The notes beneath the pieces are model-generated. The model was not told the origin of the DNA, did no database searches, and saw nothing but the letters and a program-made list of their open reading frames with translations. Shown here piece by piece: positions 59,501 to 64,000 of a stretch of 64,000 nt of DNA; the first letter of the stretch is position 1, and each line of letters opens with the position of its first letter. The position numbers and the translations under genes were made by a program. Source of the DNA: an uncultured delta proteobacterium (GTDB taxonomy: Bacteria; Desulfobacterota; BSN033; UBA1163); contig CAVPSJ010000011.1 of assembly GCA_963708295.1 (NCBI GenBank), positions 192,001 to 256,000 on the forward strand. The letters are read 5' to 3'.

Positions 59501-60643
59501 ATGAAGATGAAAGTCCCTTTTTTTGACCTGGCGGTTCAGGTGAAATCCATCGAAGATGAGATCCGGTCCGCCCTGGATGAAGTATTCCAGAACCAGCAGT
59601 TTATCATGGGACCCAAGGTAAAGGTTCTGGAGGAAACCATCGCTCAGTACTGTCAGACCCGCTATGCCGTCGGAGTGGCTTCCGGGTCAGATGCCCTGCT
59701 CCTCTCTTTGATGGCTTTAGGTGTTGGGACGGGCGACGAGGTCCTTCTCCCTCCTTTCACTTTCTTTGCGACCGCAGGATCGGTCTCTCGCCTCGGGGCC
59801 ACCCCTGTCTTTGTGGATATCGACCGGGAAACTTACAACATGGACCCTTCCAAGATCGAAGAGAAAGTGACGGCCAGAACGAAGGCGATCATCCCTGTCC
59901 ATCTTTTCGGACAATGCGCGGATATGGACCCTCTTCTACGAATCGCCCAGGAGAAGAAACTTTTTGTTATTGAGGACGCTGCCCAGGCTTTGGGTGCCGA
60001 GTATAAGCCCAAGGCTGGATCAAAGGGACGGCGCGCCGGGCAGATTGGCGATCTTGGATGTTTTTCCTTTTACCCAACCAAGAACCTGGGTGCCTTCGGA
60101 GACGCAGGCATGGTCATCACGGATCACCCCGATTTGGCAGAGAAAGTGAGACTGCTGAGAGTCCATGGAAGTCAGCCCAAGTATTTCCATAAGGCCATCG
60201 GGATCAACAGCCGTCTCGATACGATTCAAGCCGCCGTTCTTCTGGTGAAATTTAAATACCTCGAGAGATGGACCGCGGAAAGACAAAAGAAGGCTGAACG
60301 GTATCAGGCATTGTTCCAGGGCCTTCTCTCTTCGGTCGACGGGTTCAGGCTCCCGACCGTTCAAAATCAGAACCGTCATATCTTCCATCAGTATGTGATC
60401 CGTGTCCCAGAAAGAGACCGTTTGAGACAATTCCTGACAGAAGAAGGGGTTGGTACGGACATCTATTATCCCGTCCCCCTCCACCTCCAGGAATGTTACT
60501 CTTTTCTAAAATATCGTCGAGGAGACCTGCCAAATTCTGAGAAGGCCTCCGAAGAGGTGTTAGCTCTCCCCATTTATCCTGAGCTGACAGAGGATCAACA
60601 AACCCAAGTCGTCAGCCGGATCAAAGCCTTTTACAAGAAGTAG
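59501..60643 (+). CDS. DegT/DnrJ/EryC1/StrS aminotransferase (WbpE-like)
   Basis: PVHLFGQ, IEDAAQA, SFYPTKNLGAFGDAG, NSRLD. Confidence 0.93.
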   Translation: MKMKVPFFDLAVQVKSIEDEIRSALDEVFQNQQFIMGPKVKVLEETIAQYCQTRYAVGVASGSDALLLSLMALGVGTGDEVLLPPFTFFATAGSVSRLGATPVFVDIDRETYNMDPSKIEEKVTARTKAIIPVHLFGQCADMDPLLRIAQEKKLFVIEDAAQALGAEYKPKAGSKGRRAGQIGDLGCFSFYPTKNLGAFGDAGMVITDHPDLAEKVRLLRVHGSQPKYFHKAIGINSRLDTIQAAVLLVKFKYLERWTAERQKKAERYQALFQGLLSSVDGFRLPTVQNQNRHIFHQYVIRVPERDRLRQFLTEEGVGTDIYYPVPLHLQECYSFLKYRRGDLPNSEKASEEVLALPIYPELTEDQQTQVVSRIKAFYKK

Positions 60644-60660
60644 CCCGGGGAGACAGGGAT

Positions 60661-61989
60661 ATGAAGACGGCGCACATCGAAGAGCGACTGATCAGAAAGA
60701 TTCTTGGAAAAGACGCTTTGATCGGGATCATCGGCATGGGATATGTCGGCCTCCCTCTGGTGTTGAGGTTTTGTGAAGAGGACTTCAGGGTTTTGGGGTT
60801 TGATATCGATTCCAAAAAAGTCGCCTCCCTGAAGAGGGGGAAGAGCTATCTGAAATCAATCCTCTCCTCCCGGATTTCCCCATTTATCCGCAGCGGCCGT
60901 CTAACGGTGACCGATGACTTTTCCCGTCTCGAAGAACCTGATTGTATTTTGATTTGTGTGCCGACGCCGTTAACTGAAAAAATGGAGCCGGACCTCCAAT
61001 ATATAGAAAACACGACCGAGGCCATCCGCCAGAATCTCAGGAAAGGCCAACTGATTGTATTGGAAAGCACCACGTATCCGGGAACCACAGAGGAATTGCT
61101 CCTTCCCAAGTTGGAATCGACGGGCCTGAAAGTCGGAAAAGATTTCTTCTTGGCTTTCTCCCCGGAGAGAGAGGATCCAGGAAATAAACGATTCATGACA
61201 CATCAAATCCCCAAGGTCGTGGCCGGGGTCACTCCATCCTGCCAAAAGGGGGTTACCGCCCTGTACAGTCAAATCATCAAGAAGGTTGTTCCTGTTTCGT
61301 CCCCCCGAGTTGCAGAATTAACCAAGCTCCTCGAAAATATCTATCGTGCTGTAAACATTGCCTTGGTGAACGAATTGAAAATGTTGACGGATCGAATGGG
61401 AATTGATATCTGGGAAGTCATCGAGGCCGCCAGCACCAAACCCTTTGGGTTTTCACCCTTCTATCCGGGCCCCGGAATGGGGGGCCACTGCATTCCCATT
61501 GATCCCTATTATCTCTCCTGGAAGGCTCGAGAGTACGATTTCACGACAAGATTTATCTTCTTGGCAGGAGAAATTAATGTCCACGTTCCTTACTATGTGG
61601 TCGCAAAGGTACAGGATGCTCTCAACATGAGGGGGAAGAGTATCAAGGGAGCCAAAATTCTGATTCTGGGGGTCGCCTACAAGAAGGACGTCGACGACGC
61701 CAGGGAATCCCCCGCCCTGGCCATCATGGACCTGCTTCGGAAAAAAGGAGCCGTACTTCTCTATCACGATCCCTACATCCCAATCCTTCCCTCTTTTAGA
61801 AAATACTCTTTTGATCTAAAATCGTCCCCTCTGACAGAGAAGGTGCTTGGCAGGGTCGATGCCGCCGTGGTCGTCACGGACCACAGTGTTGATTATCAAC
61901 GGATTGTCAAGCTCGTCCCCCTCATCATCGATACCCGGAATGTCACGAAAGGATTGGACCGATACAAGAAGAAAATCGTCAAAGCTTGA
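60661..61989 (+). CDS. UDP-N-acetylhexosamine 6-dehydrogenase (WbpA-like)
   Basis: GMGYVGLPL, CVPTP, ESTTYPGTT, GGHCIPIDP, DARESP. Confidence 0.92.
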   Translation: MKTAHIEERLIRKILGKDALIGIIGMGYVGLPLVLRFCEEDFRVLGFDIDSKKVASLKRGKSYLKSILSSRISPFIRSGRLTVTDDFSRLEEPDCILICVPTPLTEKMEPDLQYIENTTEAIRQNLRKGQLIVLESTTYPGTTEELLLPKLESTGLKVGKDFFLAFSPEREDPGNKRFMTHQIPKVVAGVTPSCQKGVTALYSQIIKKVVPVSSPRVAELTKLLENIYRAVNIALVNELKMLTDRMGIDIWEVIEAASTKPFGFSPFYPGPGMGGHCIPIDPYYLSWKAREYDFTTRFIFLAGEINVHVPYYVVAKVQDALNMRGKSIKGAKILILGVAYKKDVDDARESPALAIMDLLRKKGAVLLYHDPYIPILPSFRKYSFDLKSSPLTEKVLGRVDAAVVVTDHSVDYQRIVKLVPLIIDTRNVTKGLDRYKKKIVKA

Positions 61990-62036
61990 TCCGAAAACCC
62001 TGGCCTGCTCCGCCTGCTATTGAAACCCATGGCCGC

Positions 62037-63470
62037 TTAAACGTTCGTCTCAAAGGTTTCCGAGGCCCCTTCCAAAGCCAGGGCATGCCGGGCCGCTCGG
62101 CCCAATTCTCGATCGAAACGATGAGTGGGTGCGTAGACCCGGCAGATAGCCACTTTGGCTGGAATATATTGAAATAGTCTTCTAAGGGGTTCCCTCGATA
62201 TTCTTTTGACCCCTGGGTCGAAAATGCGAAGCGTTCCCTCCGCCGACTCATGCCAGGGGTTGAAGGGCCTCGGGTCGTGGTGAGCCATGTCGACGTGGAA
62301 CTCCAACCCTTTCAGGTGTCTCGGCAAAAAGTCTGTGATCCTCTGCTTGACTTCCTCCGGTTTCAAAAAGATCGGTCGTCCCGTTTCCATTTCTCTCAGG
62401 GTCAGCTTCTCCTCAAAGATGCTACTCCACTTCAATTTTCTCGAGAGCACCTCTGCCCACTTTTCCCCCAACTGCCTTTCGAGAGGCGACAGAGATCCTT
62501 TCCATTCCAAAACTCTTTCCATCACAAACCAGTCGGTGAGCAGGAGGTATCGATCGATTTCCTCCATCGGATGGAAGGGACAAAGAATTTCCATCGTCGG
62601 TTTAAATATCTCCTGCAACTGAAGATCGATGGCGCGCGTCGTACGGTGATAATAAACGTTCGAATAGAGGTAGAGACGCGCATTGAGAAACATGGCCAAT
62701 GCATCTAATCCCCTCTTGTCCAAGATCAGGCCCTCTTTACTAAAGGAAGTGTAGTAGAGGAGCCGCCGCCAATCCACCGGACCGATGGACACACCCGTCA
62801 TGTAAGCATCCCGAAGAACATAATCGATATTATCAAACGTAAAGATCCCCCGAAAAAGTTGCTGAAGGAAGTTCAGCCACCTCGGATGTTTTCGGCCCTC
62901 CTTCTTTTCAGGCCTTTTGATCAGAAAGGTGATCTGCTCAGGATCCAGGATTTCTCCCTTTCTGAACAGACCTCTGGGACTACGCCGAATCCCTTTGATC
63001 AGAGAAGCCATTTTTTCCCGGATGATCAACTGCCCCATCCCCTCATGATTGGTATGAAATCGAGAAAGATATTGTTCATCAAAGAAATGGCAGAAAGGGC
63101 CGTGTCCGATATCATGGAGAAGCCCGGCTAGCCGAAGGAGTTCCTGCAAATAAGGGAAAGAGGGAAGTTCTGTTTTGAAGATCTTGAAGAGAGAGGGATA
63201 AATCTGCTCAGAGAAAGTCCCTGCGACATGCATGGTTCCGAGGGAGTGTTGAAAACGAGTATGTTCGGCCGCCGGAAACACCCAACGAGCGCTCTGCAGC
63301 TGGAAGATTCGGCGAAGGCGCTGGACCCAGGGCGTATCGATCACACCTCGTTCTGTTTCCTCCCCTTCGATCCGGTCCGTCATCACAATGTAATGATAAA
63401 CAGGATCTGCGATCAATCCGGTTCCCTGGGTGACCTCTGCCTCTTTCATGTCCGTGAAACCCCTTTTCAT
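62037..63470 (-). CDS. HD-domain phosphohydrolase (SAMHD1/dNTPase-like)
   Basis: [43 protein letters not shown]. Confidence 0.9.
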   Translation of the reverse strand: MKRGFTDMKEAEVTQGTGLIADPVYHYIVMTDRIEGEETERGVIDTPWVQRLRRIFQLQSARWVFPAAEHTRFQHSLGTMHVAGTFSEQIYPSLFKIFKTELPSFPYLQELLRLAGLLHDIGHGPFCHFFDEQYLSRFHTNHEGMGQLIIREKMASLIKGIRRSPRGLFRKGEILDPEQITFLIKRPEKKEGRKHPRWLNFLQQLFRGIFTFDNIDYVLRDAYMTGVSIGPVDWRRLLYYTSFSKEGLILDKRGLDALAMFLNARLYLYSNVYYHRTTRAIDLQLQEIFKPTMEILCPFHPMEEIDRYLLLTDWFVMERVLEWKGSLSPLERQLGEKWAEVLSRKLKWSSIFEEKLTLREMETGRPIFLKPEEVKQRITDFLPRHLKGLEFHVDMAHHDPRPFNPWHESAEGTLRIFDPGVKRISREPLRRLFQYIPAKVAICRVYAPTHRFDRELGRAARHALALEGASETFETNV

Positions 63471-63697
63471 GATTCATGGTCAGAAGGTTCGTCCCCTTTT
63501 TCCTTGTCCTCGGGATGTATGAATCTCACCTTTTCAGCAGCGACCTCCCGAAGGGCTGTGACAATAGGCCTGTTATCCGCCTCGACCAACGGCTTGGCAC
63601 CCTTCATGATCATTTTGGCCCTTCTTGCCGCCAGGATTACCAGTTCAAACCGGCTCTCCACTGTCTTCAGACAATCTTCTACGGTGATTCTAGCCAT
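63467..63697 (-). CDS. rpoZ: RNA polymerase omega subunit
   Basis: [10 protein letters not shown]...RFELV..AARRA; ALREVA. Confidence 0.97.
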   Translation of the reverse strand: MARITVEDCLKTVESRFELVILAARRAKMIMKGAKPLVEADNRPIVTALREVAAEKVRFIHPEDKEKGDEPSDHES

Positions 63698-64000
63698 CTT
63701 TTTCCTCCCATTGTTTTATATTTGCCTCCAGGATCGGATTCTTATCCCTTCGACATCGTTCTGCAATAATAATCGATTTCAGTTTCCCAAGGGCATCCTC
63801 AAGGCTATCATTGACGATCACGTAACGGTACCCGTAGGCCTCTTCCATATCTTTTCTGGCATGGGACAATCGAAACTTGACCCTTTCAAGGGAGTCCACC
63901 CCTCTGTTGATCAATCGTTCTTTGAGGACCCTTAAGGAAGGGGGGAGGAGATAAATCAAAACGGGCTGGGCAATCTCTTTCGTGACTTTCTTCGCTCCCT
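63690..64000 (-). CDS. gmk: Guanylate kinase (partial, C-terminal half)
   Basis: [32 protein letters not shown]; directly upstream of rpoZ. Confidence 0.93.
   Translation of the reverse strand, partial: GAKKVTKEIAQPVLIYLLPPSLRVLKERLINRGVDSLERVKFRLSHARKDMEEAYGYRYVIVNDSLEDALGKLKSIIIAERCRRDKNPILEANIKQWEEKDG

Overview
A 64 kb bacterial chromosomal window. Gene content and repeat families suggest Desulfobacterota (Deltaproteobacteria); this is inference. Left to right: (1) a minus-strand type II secretion operon (gspE-F-G-H-I-J-K-L), headed by an IS1595-like protein with a degenerate catalytic motif and preceded by a probable selenocysteine- and heme-containing DsbC; (2) a LacI-regulated catabolic operon (creatininase-family hydrolase, Tm-1-like protein, Zn dehydrogenase, TIM-barrel epimerase, TctCBA); (3) nudix-cinA; (4) an ~11.5 kb decaying genomic island in tRNA-Arg(CCT), with a 47-bp direct repeat, a broken tyrosine integrase, exported-protein cargo and an attC-like site; (5) udg, a lipoprotein and a membrane TPR protein; (6) a housekeeping block from sppA to rimP; (7) an HNH nuclease preceded by ~290 nt of multi-hairpin non-coding sequence; (8) MBL hydrolase, nfeD-stomatin, trmJ, two sugar-nucleotide genes, and HD protein-rpoZ-gmk. 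Small indels in core genes (pnp, truB, udg) suggest sequencing or assembly errors, so frameshifts alone are weak evidence of pseudogenes. The best novelty candidates are the apparently domesticated transposase, the HNH-adjacent structured RNA and the Sec/heme DsbC. All calls come from reading the sequence; no database searches were run.
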